Notes: generated from the letters alone by a model not told the origin. Positions 1 through 10,260 are shown, counted from the first letter of the stretch. The stretch: DNA of 64,000 bases from an uncultured bacterium (GCA_964426545.1 CAYRQP010000005.1:31315-95314), one strand, 5' to 3'. Numbers and translations: made by a program.

Positions 1-2
1 TA

Positions 3-581
3 TTCACTGAAAAGAACGGAACCAATTCCATTACCCTCGAAGACCTGTCTGCCGGTTTATACTATATGAACGGTGCGGATATGGAACAGCTTATAGCAAA
101 TGCTTCCAACACAAGCCCGAAATCACCACCTCCATTTATGGCAGGATATGTTGAAATTGAAATCGATACAGAAACGGGAGAGATAGACATACAGAACTAT
201 GTAGCAGTAGTGGATTGTGGCACCACCATCAACCCTAATCTCGCCAAAATTCAGGTAGAAGGTGGAGTACTTCAGGGAATAGGAATGGCAGTATTCGAAG
301 ATGTGAAATACTCGAAGAACGGACAGATGCTTACCAACAACATGATGAAATACAAAATTCCCAACCGGAAAGATGTGAAGAAGATAACCGTGGAGTTCGT
401 GGAGAGTTATGAACCATCGGGACCTTACGGTGCCAAATCAGTGGGAGAAATAGGCATAGATACACCTCTCGCCGCAATAGCGAATGCAATCTATAATGCA
501 GTTGGGGTTCGACTCAGAACACTTCCGCTTACCCCCGAGAAGATACTGAACGCAATGAAGAATAAAGAGAAAGAGAACTGA
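3..581 (+). CDS. Xanthine dehydrogenase family molybdopterin-binding subunit, C-terminal part (5'-truncated by window edge)
   Basis: Frame open from nt 3 (FTEKNGTNS...); motifs VDCGTTINP..QVEGGVLQGIG and GPYGAKSVGE typical of the Mo-hydroxylase large subunit. Confidence 0.9.
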   Translation, partial: FTEKNGTNSITLEDLSAGLYYMNGADMEQLIANASNTSPKSPPPFMAGYVEIEIDTETGEIDIQNYVAVVDCGTTINPNLAKIQVEGGVLQGIGMAVFEDVKYSKNGQMLTNNMMKYKIPNRKDVKKITVEFVESYEPSGPYGAKSVGEIGIDTPLAAIANAIYNAVGVRLRTLPLTPEKILNAMKNKEKEN

Positions 582-584
582 ACG

Positions 585-1823
585 ATGAAAGCCGGCAAAT
601 ACTACTTCGAATGTACTGATTGCGGAGCAGAATACTCCAAAGAAGAAGTCGAATATCTCTGTCCTGAATGCGAAAAGACCAACACACCCGACAAGCCACC
701 TGCAGGAGTCCTGAAAACTCTATACAGTTATGATGAAATCAGGAATAGTTACACAGCCGATGAACTTCTTCGGAAGCGGTATGAACCACTTCTCCCCATA
801 GAATCGACAGAGAACCTGTCTCCTCTTTGTGTAGGCAATACACCGCTCTGCAGATTCTCCTCGAAGCAGATACTCCCCCGTTTTGAAGTACCGTTTACCG
901 TTCTTCTGAAAGATGATTCCCGTAACCCGACCTTTTCCCTTAAAGACAGGGCATCTGACATTGTTTGTGCATCAGCTAAGGAGAGGAACTATAAAACCCT
1001 TGTGGTAGCATCTACGGGTAATGCCGGCTCGTCTCTGGCAGGCATTAGTGCTTCTATGGGATTAAACTCAGTGATTTTTGTTCCCCAATCTGCACCTAGG
1101 GCAAAACTAGCCCAGATATCGATGTATGGGGCAAGGTTGATAACTGTGGATGGTAATTATGACGATGCCTTCGACCTCAGCATAAAGGCAACGGAGAAGT
1201 TCGGCTGGTACAACCGCAACACCGCTTTCAATCCCTTCACAATTGAAGGCAAAAAAACAGTTGTGTTTGAACTATTCGAGCAACTTGGCGGGAAGATACC
1301 CGACAGAATTTTTGTACCTGTGGGAGACGGTTGCATTATTTCAGGCGTGTTTAAAGGATTTGAAGACCTTCTTAAACTCCAACTCATAGATGAAATGCCA
1401 ACAATAGTAGCTGTTCAATCCCAAACGAGTGACAACCTGGTTCGCAATCTGAACAAGGAGAAGTTCATTTCCATACCTGCTACAACAATTGCGGATTCGA
1501 TATCAGTAGATATTCCGCGGAATTTCCGAATGACTGAAAAGTATATGAATACATATAGCAGTGAACAGATAACAGTTACCGATGAGGATATAACAGACGC
1601 AGCACACACCCTTGCACAAACCACCGGAATTTTCGCCGAACCTGCCGCTGCCGCCGGTTTTGCCGGGCTTTTAGTATATCAACGGAATGTCCTCATTCCC
1701 GAACATTCCACCAATGTAGTTCTCATTACAGGTTCCGGACTGAAGAACCTCGATGCAACAGACACCATAAAATTCAAACCGAAACCGATAAAGACCATTG
1801 CTGAAGTCATTGACAGACGATGA
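585..1823 (+). CDS. Threonine synthase-like PLP-dependent enzyme (fold type II) with N-terminal Zn-ribbon
   Basis: NPTFSLKDRAS (PLP lysine), STGNAGSSLA, VPVGDG, FAEPAAAA, ITGSGLK; CxxC..CxxC at N-terminus; true function uncertain given context. Confidence 0.8.
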   Translation: MKAGKYYFECTDCGAEYSKEEVEYLCPECEKTNTPDKPPAGVLKTLYSYDEIRNSYTADELLRKRYEPLLPIESTENLSPLCVGNTPLCRFSSKQILPRFEVPFTVLLKDDSRNPTFSLKDRASDIVCASAKERNYKTLVVASTGNAGSSLAGISASMGLNSVIFVPQSAPRAKLAQISMYGARLITVDGNYDDAFDLSIKATEKFGWYNRNTAFNPFTIEGKKTVVFELFEQLGGKIPDRIFVPVGDGCIISGVFKGFEDLLKLQLIDEMPTIVAVQSQTSDNLVRNLNKEKFISIPATTIADSISVDIPRNFRMTEKYMNTYSSEQITVTDEDITDAAHTLAQTTGIFAEPAAAAGFAGLLVYQRNVLIPEHSTNVVLITGSGLKNLDATDTIKFKPKPIKTIAEVIDRR

Positions 1824-3973
1824 ACTCTCCCCGCAAATTCGATTCGATTCCAAAACTCAGGGGCACCTGGAAATACCTCGATGACTACTCACTCCCCGGA
1901 ATGCTACACGGTCAACTTCTTTATTCCACCTGTCATCACGGAATAATCGAAAGAATTACATTCCCCGATTACTATGACCCCGACGAATTCACAATTGTCT
2001 CGGCAAAGGATATCCCCGGCACCAACATCGTCCCCGAACCTGTCTGCGACCAGCCCTTCCTTGCAGAGAAGGAAGTAATGCATTACGGCCAGGTAATTCT
2101 GGGTATTGCACACCCCGACCGCAGAATACTGATAAAGTTTATAAAAGACATTCGCATAAAGTATAAAGAACTTCCTGCCCTTATCGATGTAAAGGAGTGT
2201 CTCGATAATGAAGAGAATCATTTCGGACGGGAGATAACAATCGACCATTCCACAGATGAACTACCGGACCGAAACTGGATACAAAACAAAAGCACCTTCT
2301 ACACCCAGCACCACGAACAGGCATATCTGGAACCTCAGGGAATTATTGCGGATTACAACCCCGGGATGAAAAGTATGTTCATTCGGGGAACACTTCAATG
2401 TCCCTTCTTTGTGAAAAGCGGAGTTGAAGCAATCTTTGGAAACAGTATGAATGAAGTGATTGTCGAAACATCCGAAGGAATTGGCGGAGCTTTCGGTGGC
2501 AAGGAGGACTTTCCCAGTCTGCTTGCGGGAATCACTGCACTTCTATCATTCAAAAGCGGTAAACCGGTCAAAACAGTTCTTCAGCGCTCCGACGACATCA
2601 AAATAACAACAAAGAGACATCCATCGAGAATCACCATAGAAACCCACACAGACCCGAAAACGCAAAAGATAATGCGATGCAGAGTGGATTATCGACTAGA
2701 TGCCGGAGCCTATCAGACATTATCACCCGTAGTTCTCGCAAGGGGAGTGCTTCACGCAACCGGAGGATATTTCATTCCCGATACAGTAATCAGGGGTCGC
2801 CTGTTCAGAAGCAACACACCATCCAACGGTGCCTTCCGAGGTTTCGGGGTTCCACAGGCATTAGCCGCAATGGAATCTCATATTGACAGAATAGCAGAGA
2901 ATTTCCAAGTAAATCCGGCAGAATTCAGAAAAAGCAACCTCCTCACAAAAGGAAAAGAGCTCCCCACAACACAGATGATAAAAGAGAATAACCTATCAGA
3001 CTGTCTTGAACGCGTGCTGGAGAAATCCGATTACCACAGAAAGAAGACAGAGTTCGAAAAATGGAACAGAACTCATAAAGACAAAAAGGGGATTGGTATC
3101 TCCATAGGATTGCACGGCGGAGGTTTCACCGGCAATGGTGAGAAGGTACTCAACTCAGAGATTAAAATAGTCATAGACAGAAACGCAGATGTCGAAATCT
3201 TTGTCGCAAACACCGATATGGGACAGGGCGCGCACACAACCCTCTCTCAGATGTTCTATGAATCACTAGACCACCCGAGCAATAAGTGTCGCATAGTACT
3301 TCCGAACACAAGCAAAACCCCGAACAGCGGACCAACAGTAGCCTCTCGCACCATCTATATAATCGGAAATCTCATCCGTAAACTTGCACTTGATGTAAAA
3401 GCGGAACTCGGTTTTAACAATCTTCAAGAATATGTCTCATCACACATTGGTGAATTCCCTCGGGAATTCAGAGATAAGTTCACACCCGACCCATCGGTAG
3501 ACTTCGATGAAGATTCATATCAAGGCACCGCTTACAAGGATTTTTCCTGGGCAGCAACAGTCACAGAAATCCTCTTCCATAAAGACACCTATCACATAGA
3601 AGTTATAAAGAGTTGGTCAGTTCTCGACATCGGAAAAGTAGTTAATCACGCTATCGCCACAGGACAAGCACAAGGTGGCATACTTCAGGGCTTGGCATAC
3701 GCCACAAGCGAGTATTTCTACAAACCCGGATTTGGCAGACTTACAGGTTTCACCGACTATGCTCTACCCACAGCAATGGATGTTCCGGAGATAGATGTAG
3801 AATTCATCCACACAGATTCCAATATCCCGAAAGGACTCGGAGAACTTCCAATGGATTTTCCCGCACCTTCCGTCCGCAACGCCCTGCACAATGCCACAGG
3901 TATCCTTATAGATGAACTCCCACTAATTCCCGAGCGAATCCAACCCCTTTGGAGTGAGAATCGTGATAGTTAA
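1820..3973 (+). CDS. Xanthine dehydrogenase family molybdopterin-binding (large) subunit
   Basis: EQAYLEP, GGAFGGKE, GAFRGFGVPQ, DMGQGAHT, ASRT, GQAQGGILQG, GLGELP; overlaps upstream stop (ATGA). Confidence 0.9.
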   Translation: MNSPRKFDSIPKLRGTWKYLDDYSLPGMLHGQLLYSTCHHGIIERITFPDYYDPDEFTIVSAKDIPGTNIVPEPVCDQPFLAEKEVMHYGQVILGIAHPDRRILIKFIKDIRIKYKELPALIDVKECLDNEENHFGREITIDHSTDELPDRNWIQNKSTFYTQHHEQAYLEPQGIIADYNPGMKSMFIRGTLQCPFFVKSGVEAIFGNSMNEVIVETSEGIGGAFGGKEDFPSLLAGITALLSFKSGKPVKTVLQRSDDIKITTKRHPSRITIETHTDPKTQKIMRCRVDYRLDAGAYQTLSPVVLARGVLHATGGYFIPDTVIRGRLFRSNTPSNGAFRGFGVPQALAAMESHIDRIAENFQVNPAEFRKSNLLTKGKELPTTQMIKENNLSDCLERVLEKSDYHRKKTEFEKWNRTHKDKKGIGISIGLHGGGFTGNGEKVLNSEIKIVIDRNADVEIFVANTDMGQGAHTTLSQMFYESLDHPSNKCRIVLPNTSKTPNSGPTVASRTIYIIGNLIRKLALDVKAELGFNNLQEYVSSHIGEFPREFRDKFTPDPSVDFDEDSYQGTAYKDFSWAATVTEILFHKDTYHIEVIKSWSVLDIGKVVNHAIATGQAQGGILQGLAYATSEYFYKPGFGRLTGFTDYALPTAMDVPEIDVEFIHTDSNIPKGLGELPMDFPAPSVRNALHNATGILIDELPLIPERIQPLWSENRDS

Positions 3974-4430
3974 GTTTAATCTCAACACTAAACCGGTCGA
4001 AGTTGACACTAATCCTATGAAACGCCTTGTGGACCTTCTCCGTGAAGATTTTAATCTGCTTGGTACTAAGGAAGGATGCGGAGAAGGGGAGTGCGGAGCC
4101 TGCACAATCCTGCTCAATGGTAAACCTACCGCAAGTTGTATCACCAACGCAATTCACGCCCATGGGGGAACACTCATTACAGTAGAGGGGGTGGCTGAAA
4201 CCCCTGAGGGAAAACTCCTCATCGACTGCTTTGACGCAACAAACGCTGTTCAGTGTGGTTTTTGCTTCCCGGGTTTCCTTGTCTCATCCTATCACTACCT
4301 GCTGAACGATGGCGAACCTAACCTGAACAAGATAAAGTATGCCCTTTCAGGAAACATCTGCAGATGCACGGGCTACCACAAGATATTCGATTCGATAATC
4401 CTCGCCTGCGAACGGAACAAAGTAAAATGA
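3954..4430 (+). CDS. Xanthine dehydrogenase family [2Fe-2S] subunit
   Basis: GTKEGCGEGECGACT, QCGFC, GNICRCTGY. Confidence 0.95.
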   Translation: MRIVIVKFNLNTKPVEVDTNPMKRLVDLLREDFNLLGTKEGCGEGECGACTILLNGKPTASCITNAIHAHGGTLITVEGVAETPEGKLLIDCFDATNAVQCGFCFPGFLVSSYHYLLNDGEPNLNKIKYALSGNICRCTGYHKIFDSIILACERNKVK

Positions 4431-5269
4431 GCATCACTTTCAGTAAACCCAGCACCCTTACGGAACTCCTTGAAGCAATTGATAGAACAGAAAAGAAACA
4501 CTATCTCCTTGCCGGTGGAACCGATATCAATGTTCAACTGAAAAACGGGTTCATCGAAACCTGCACAATCCTTTACATTAATCACCTCGAAGAACTAAAA
4601 GGTATTGAAGAGAAGAACGGCACAATCTGTATAGGTGCATCAACAACACTTGAACAACTGCTCAGCAATAATCTCATTAAGCAACATCTTCCATACATTC
4701 AAACATCCCTGAAAACCTTCGCATCCCCACTTATTCAAAGCACTGCCACAATAGCAGGTAACATTGCCAATGGCTCACCAACAAACGATGTTTCCCCGCC
4801 ACTCCTCGTCCTTGATGCAGACCTTGAACTTCTTTCTATAAACGGAACCAGAACAATTCCTCTATCGTCTTTCTACAAAGGTTACAAACAGTTTGAACTA
4901 AAACCCAACGAAATCATCTCACACATCATTGTAAACACCCACTCCCAATCAGGCTTTACTACATTCTACCGCAAAGTCGGAGCACGCAATGCTCTCGCAA
5001 TATCAAAACTCACTATCGCTGGACTAAAGAAAACCAATAACAACCGCATTGAAGAAATCCGACTCGCCACCGGTAGCCTGAACGAATACCCCCGCCTCCT
5101 ACATCTGCTCGAAGAATACCTAACAGGCACCCCCCCCGGCAAAATCTCGAAGGAAGAGATAGAAACTATCCTCAGACAGGAGATAACACCCATCTCCGAC
5201 CTCCGCTCCGACCGAGACTACCGCTTCAGGGTGTGCTTGAATCTGGTGTTAGAGTTTGTTGATTTATAG
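4427..5269 (+). CDS. Xanthine dehydrogenase family FAD-binding subunit
   Basis: LAGGTD, ATIAGNIANGSP, PISDLRS; ATG 4427 overlaps the upstream TGA (ATGA), so preferred over ORF-track start 4364. Confidence 0.9.
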   Translation: MSITFSKPSTLTELLEAIDRTEKKHYLLAGGTDINVQLKNGFIETCTILYINHLEELKGIEEKNGTICIGASTTLEQLLSNNLIKQHLPYIQTSLKTFASPLIQSTATIAGNIANGSPTNDVSPPLLVLDADLELLSINGTRTIPLSSFYKGYKQFELKPNEIISHIIVNTHSQSGFTTFYRKVGARNALAISKLTIAGLKKTNNNRIEEIRLATGSLNEYPRLLHLLEEYLTGTPPGKISKEEIETILRQEITPISDLRSDRDYRFRVCLNLVLEFVDL

Positions 5270-5345
5270 TATTGATGCGGTGCTTACTTTTGAATACTCA
5301 ATAGAAATTAGTGCATCAACTGTCCGAAGTTATACTGGTTTTTAA

Positions 5346-6441
5346 TGAAGTGGACTGGATTGTCTAGACAGCAAATGGGCTTGTTTAAGGTGGAAATTTG
5401 CTCCGTCTCTTCGACTGTGATTAAGTTACAGCCGAACACTTCCTCGATCACATTATTTCCTTTCGCTGGTTAGAGTTTTCAAAATATACTTCTGCCGGAG
5501 TCCTTTTTCCAAGACTCGAATGATTTCGCTCATTATTGTAAAAATCAAAGTAATCTGATAGACTCTCTTTACCTGAAAAGTAATCGACATATTCCTTCAG
5601 ATAGACCTCTTCGTATTTTACTGTTCGCCAGAGCCGTTCGACCATAATATTATCAAAATATCTCCCCTTGCCATCCATACTGATTCGGATTCCGGCATCC
5701 AGTAGTTTCTTCGTAAAGTCATTGCTTGTATACTGGGAACCCTGATCACTATTGAATATTTCCGGTTTGGAGATATCAAGAGATTCAGATAATGCACTGA
5801 CACAGAAGCCTGATTCCAAAGAAGGCGACAATCTCCAGACAAGTACATACCTGCTGAACCAGTCCATTATTACCGTGAGGTATGCAAATCTCCGCTTTAA
5901 CCGGATATAGGTAATATCAGAACACCAGACCTGATCGGGGTGGTTAATGGAGAGAGTCCGCAGCAGATAGGGATGTATCTTTGGGAGTGTAATAGAAACC
6001 GGAACGAAATAAACCCAGAAGATCACACTGCCGGGTAATAGATAATTCTGTATTGTCCGGTTCCACAAGATTGTGCTTTCCTTCAGGGGTTAAGCCCAGA
6101 TTTTTTTTGAGCCAGTCAAGTTCGACTTTAAGACGACCGATTTCTTCATACAGTCTGGCTTTATCTTCTGAGTTCTTTTGTTTTCGCTTCCGTCGCTTAT
6201 CTGAAAATATCTCCGATGCTTCAGCAAGCATTTTCCTCTCCAAAGCCTAATCTGATTCGGGTGGACTTCGTAAAAAGAGCCCAACTCAGAAAGAGTCTTT
6301 TCGCCTTTAATCGCTTCAAGTGCGACTCTGGCTTTGAACTCAGCACTATAACTTTTCCGCATGGATTTACCTCCTTTTTCAGTATTGATAACATAAGCAA
6401 ATCCACCTTAAACAACTGTACAGTTTCTCCAGACCACTTCA
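5346..6441 (-). mobile_element. IS3-family insertion sequence, degenerate (1096 bp)
   Basis: Imperfect terminal inverted repeats starting TGAAGTGG(A/T)CTGGA at 5346 and ending TCCAGACCACTTCA at 6441, plus shared subterminal TTGTTTAAGGTGGA; encloses OrfA/OrfB; no clear target duplication. Confidence 0.85.
5448..6362 (-). pseudogene. IS3 transposase OrfA/OrfB, frameshifted and internally deleted
   Basis: Orf[24 protein letters not shown]; DDE core WCSDITY..NSDQGSQY..ERLWRTVKYE; frameshift near 6240; YYTPK fused directly to KIHPYLL near 5980-5985. Confidence 0.85.
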
Positions 6442-6502
6442 GCAAACCCTTGTCATTATGCACCAGTTACATTATGCAGCTGATGCATAATCATGGAAAG
6501 TA

Positions 6503-6988
6503 TCAGCGGTTTAGAAGTTCTGCAATGTCCGGCACAATGTTCTTTGGCTTCTTGATAGAAGAGTATCGCTTTACAGGCATGCCATTCCGGTTGATGAGAA
6601 ATTTGGTAAAGTTCCATTTTATATCACGGCCGAATGTGCCCGGGAGTGTCTGAGTCAGAAGCTTAAAGAGCGGATGAGCGTCATCTCCGTTCACATCTAT
6701 TTTTGCGAACATCGGGAATGTTACGCCGTAGTTGATCTGACAGAATTCCTGTATTGCTTCTTCATTCTCCGGTTCCTGCTGTTTGAACTGATTGCAGGGG
6801 AAGCCCAGTATCACCAGTCCTTCACTTTGGAAGTTGTTGTACAGTTCCTGCAGTCCGGCATATTGCTCGGTAAATTTGCACATACTCGCTGTATTGACGA
6901 CCAGAACGACCTTACCTCTGTAATCGCTGAGGGGAATGGTCTCCCCTCTGATTGATAATGCAGAGAACCCGTAAATACTATCTTTCAT
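6503..6988 (-). CDS. Glutathione peroxidase family protein (Cys-type)
   Basis: VVNTASMCKFT (TGC codon), GFPCNQF, KWNFTKFL. Confidence 0.93.
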   Translation of the reverse strand: MKDSIYGFSALSIRGETIPLSDYRGKVVLVVNTASMCKFTEQYAGLQELYNNFQSEGLVILGFPCNQFKQQEPENEEAIQEFCQINYGVTFPMFAKIDVNGDDAHPLFKLLTQTLPGTFGRDIKWNFTKFLINRNGMPVKRYSSIKKPKNIVPDIAELLNR

Positions 6989-7081
6989 TTTCCTCCTGAC
7001 GGGGTGTGACTATACTGCAAAAATGAGTTGGTTAACTGTCGGTTGTTGAGTTTCGCTGCAGGTAAGATTTTCAGTTCTTTT

Positions 7082-7324
7082 CTACGCGATTATCTCCAGT
7101 GCAATCCAGGGTGTGATACAGAAAATAAAGAGGATAAGTTTGTACGCCCCCAATGTGGAGTAGAGAACCACATTGAAAGTTTCCCGCGACATTGGGAACC
7201 ACCTGGTGTGCATCCTGTAGACGAAATCACCCGAAAGTGTTATGAATATGAATGCAAAGATCATCAGCCCCATATTCAGGATTGAGCACCACATGAAGAA
7301 ATCCGTCAGCGTTTGAATGTTCAT
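7082..7324 (-). CDS. Small two-helix membrane protein (DUF6868-like)
   Basis: 80 aa, two hydrophobic segments, FFMWCSILN..H.RWF..YKL..PWIAL pattern recalled for this family. Confidence 0.6.
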   Translation of the reverse strand: MNIQTLTDFFMWCSILNMGLMIFAFIFITLSGDFVYRMHTRWFPMSRETFNVVLYSTLGAYKLILFIFCITPWIALEIIA

Positions 7325-7530
7325 GATTGTCCTTCCTCTTAATCACTTAAGATTAAGTCTCGGCCGGTTTGTTCTATTATCCAGTATGACGTTCCCTTGA
7401 TAATATACTGATTTCAGTCTTGGATGGTTCCGGAGAGATTGTGAGTGTTCCTACAGATGTTCTGGCCCCAGTTGCCTTTCCCTGTTTCTATATCGTGAAC
7501 ATGTGGATTGTACTGACGATGGGATAGAAT

Positions 7531-7570
7531 GTAGTAATATATACTACGAATGTAGAGAAAAACGCTACAT
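7531..7570. promoter_or_regulatory. Two adjacent inverted repeats, candidate autoregulatory operators of the MNT-HEPN locus
   Basis: GTAGTA-N5-TACTAC (7531-7547) and ATGTAG-N9-CTACAT (7550-7570), 25 nt upstream of an HTH-containing antitoxin gene. Confidence 0.4.
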
Positions 7571-7594
7571 ACATAATTGGAACATTGGATAGAT

Positions 7595-8191
7595 ATGTTA
7601 GAGGTACTTCTTGGTTCGAAGGTGCGTGCCCGACTGCTTGAGTGGTTATTCATGCATCCCGATGATAGTTACTATGTACGCCAACTGGGAGAATTATTGG
7701 GATTGGATCCCACGAATGTGAGTAGAGAATTGAATAGACTGCTTGAACTTGGTGTGTTATCTGTAAGAATGTCAGGGAATCAGAAACATTTCTCTGTAAA
7801 TCAGAATAGTTCTATTTACAGGGATCTCCTGAATATCGTGATTAAAATCGAAGTTGTCCCCGGTACGATCATGTCTGCTCTGGAAACTAGTACCGGTAGA
7901 ATTGAAGTTGCATTCATCTACGGTTCATTGGCCAATGGACAGATGGAGAAGGAGAGCGACATCGACTCATGATAATCGGGAGTACAACAATAAGAGAAAT
8001 TTCCCCGCTCCTGCGAGAAGTAGGAAAGAGACTTTCACGCGAAATCAATGCGGTAGTATATACTGTTGATGAATATAGGGGGTATGTGTAAAAGAAGTTT
8101 CCTGTATAGAGTGACAAAAGGTAGAAAACTTTTTGTGAAGGGTGACGAGAATGACCTTGGAGTCTTGGTACAGAAAGAACCATTAGATTGA
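7595..8191 (+). pseudogene. HTH + minimal nucleotidyltransferase (MNT) antitoxin, two frameshifts
   Basis: ArsR-like HTH (VRQLGELLGLDPTNVSRELNRL), AFIYGSLANG..ESDID; continues in other frames as MIIGSTT..REINAVVYT and KRSFLYRV..KLFVKGDENDL. Confidence 0.75.
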
Positions 8192-8573
8192 ACCGCATTC
8201 GGCATCAGAGGATGAAATACTTGCACTGATAGAGAATACCGAACGCGATATAGAACAGGCAGGATTGACCGGGATTCAAGCTGGCTGGCGTTTCAGAATG
8301 GCTTATGAATCAATACTCTTTTGTGCCAGAGCAGCTCTGTTCAAGTCCGGATATCGTGTGGTTAGAAGCGCGGGAGCACTACAGATAAATTACGAGCCTG
8401 GAATTTACTATTGGATTGAACTCAGAACGATAAGTATACTTGATGCGTATAGAATGCAGAGAAATCAAGCAGTCTATGATAGTGCCGATTTTATCGGTGA
8501 TTCCGCAGCCCTGGTGGCTTTGGAGGAAGCCGAAGAACTTTTGAAAAAGTTGCGTGACTGGTTGAAATCGTAG
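8151..8573 (+). pseudogene. HEPN-domain toxin-like gene, in-frame stop and frameshifts
   Basis: ATG 8151 MTLESWYRKNH*(TAG 8184) IEPHSASEDEI..WRFRMAYES..SGYR..; EHYR*ITSLEFTIG in a shifted frame; RMQRNQAVYD HEPN-like motif. Confidence 0.7.
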
Positions 8574-8587
8574 GAAAGGGTATATCC

Positions 8588-9538
8588 TTGAACAAAGTCA
8601 ATTTCATCAGAAAAAAAGGTAATTACAAACATGTGCAGTCGAATCTCATTGCAGAGATATCGAAACACATCCCCGAAGGTTATTATTCAGAAACAGTTGG
8701 AAAAAACGTCAGACGAGAAGACACTATTAACCTGTCTCTGTTTATTCATCAGTACAGTGATGTCCTTATGTCCCATGGAGCTGCCGACAAGAACTACCTT
8801 TTTATGCGGGATGATGAGACGGGAAAGAGACTGCTCAATGATTTCTTACATGTGCTGGTGCCCGGAGACTGGCTGAAGGAAAGACTGCTCAAAGCAAAGA
8901 CAATTACACTGACAGAAGAACAGATTCATGTTGTCGGCTGGCCGCGGATAGAGTACTTGCTTAATCTGAGGGAAGAGAGTATTTCTGAAGGAGATGGCAT
9001 CTGTTCGAAGCGGCGTGTTCTGTGGGCACCCACCCACAATTACCGAAAGCGAGGGGGGGAGCAGAAATCAACTTCATCATATCCGGATTTCAAGAGATTC
9101 ACTTCAGTCATGAAGCAGAAATATGATTATGAGATATCACTACATCCGCGAAACCGGTTTCTGAAGAGACCGACAGGAGAGCAGCTTGTAAGGGCAGATG
9201 TGGTCATCTCCGACTTCGGAACACTGGTTTATGAAGCCTGGGCTCTCGGCATTCCCGTTGTTTTCCCGCGCTGGATCCTGGGAAACAGGATAATTAAATA
9301 CAACAAGGGTTCCGCTGAAGCATATATCTTCGAGAACAATATTGGGCTGTATGCAGATTCGATAGAAGAACTGCTCGAAATGACTGACACCGCTGTCGGT
9401 ATCGGTTCAGAAGTGCAGGAATTTATGAGCAGGTATCTTCCAAAACGCTTAGACACCTGTTCCGGAGAAGTCATTGCCGAACTGCTCGGCAAGTTAAGAA
9501 GTAATGAACACAGATCAGATTATGCTACGCTTAGATAA
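8588..9538 (+). CDS. CDP-glycerol glycerophosphotransferase (TagF/GT-B-like) family protein
   Basis: VVGWPRIEYL, VLWAPTH, SLHP, ADVVISDFGTLVYEAWALGIPVVF. Confidence 0.75.
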   Translation: MNKVNFIRKKGNYKHVQSNLIAEISKHIPEGYYSETVGKNVRREDTINLSLFIHQYSDVLMSHGAADKNYLFMRDDETGKRLLNDFLHVLVPGDWLKERLLKAKTITLTEEQIHVVGWPRIEYLLNLREESISEGDGICSKRRVLWAPTHNYRKRGGEQKSTSSYPDFKRFTSVMKQKYDYEISLHPRNRFLKRPTGEQLVRADVVISDFGTLVYEAWALGIPVVFPRWILGNRIIKYNKGSAEAYIFENNIGLYADSIEELLEMTDTAVGIGSEVQEFMSRYLPKRLDTCSGEVIAELLGKLRSNEHRSDYATLR

Positions 9539-9589
9539 GCAGAGTACTTTCAATCAGGTTAGTAATGAAATGGTAAAAAGTACTCTGCT
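9538..9589. terminator. Inverted repeat between convergent genes (possible bidirectional terminator)
   Basis: AGCAGAGTACTTT (9538-9550) / AAAGTACTCTGCT (9577-9589), 13-bp perfect stem, 26-nt loop. Confidence 0.55.
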
Positions 9590-9601
9590 CAGATTTGAAT
9601 A

Positions 9602-10183
9602 CTAGATGTCTTTCTTTGTATTATTCGCTATTGCTGCCAGAGATCTGAATTGTTCAGCAAGGAATCTTGTTACTACAACAATAAGGTAACCCAAGATCGG
9701 CATGATGACTATTGCCAGTGCACCCGACTGCAGGAAATCAAGTTCAAGCCCTCTGGATAGATTATATCCGCGATCTCCGAGAATTATTGTTGAAAAGAGT
9801 GCAAATAGAAACCCTAAAACACCTATCCATATTCCAAGCCATTCGCCCAATGTCTGAATGAAATGAGAAAATACAGGTATTGCAAGAAAATTATCTCCCA
9901 TCGAGGATATACTCTCTATCTTGTTTTTCCTGTTCCACCAGATTTGGAATCCAAGCCAGGAAACAAATGTGACTGCGAACCAAATTAGTATGAAAGCAAA
10001 AGATGTCTTACCGTTATAGCCGAAAATCTCATTATCAATGGCTCGAACGAGAACAAATATGGGTATAAGAAGGTTAAGTATCGCAATCCCTGCATAGAGC
10101 CAGGCGAATGGTTTACGGAAAAACTTCCCATTATCAATTGTCGTTAGATAGGGAGTAAGAAAAGTAAAAAACTTGTTTTCCAT
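9602..10183 (-). CDS. Hypothetical integral membrane protein (about 4 TM)
   Basis: Four hydrophobic segments; GGAG RBS before ATG 10183 (ORF track starts at 10213). Confidence 0.75.
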   Translation of the reverse strand: MENKFFTFLTPYLTTIDNGKFFRKPFAWLYAGIAILNLLIPIFVLVRAIDNEIFGYNGKTSFAFILIWFAVTFVSWLGFQIWWNRKNKIESISSMGDNFLAIPVFSHFIQTLGEWLGIWIGVLGFLFALFSTIILGDRGYNLSRGLELDFLQSGALAIVIMPILGYLIVVVTRFLAEQFRSLAAIANNTKKDI

Positions 10184-10260
10184 TTTAATCTCCAAAGGGT
10201 TTGGGTTATACACAAAGAAGAGAACTCCGGATTACCACACTTTTGCTGTAACCTTAAAAC

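Noticed and set aside
5340-6446. Target-site duplication of the IS3 element
   Set aside because: Flanks TTTAA and GCAAA do not match
6503-6988. Selenocysteine glutathione peroxidase
   Set aside because: Active-site codon is TGC (Cys) and the frame is open
7414-7653. IS91/HUH transposase fragment suggested by NPHVH and WGQN
   Set aside because: Motif order is reversed relative to IS91 and no other similarity is evident; likely a spurious ORF
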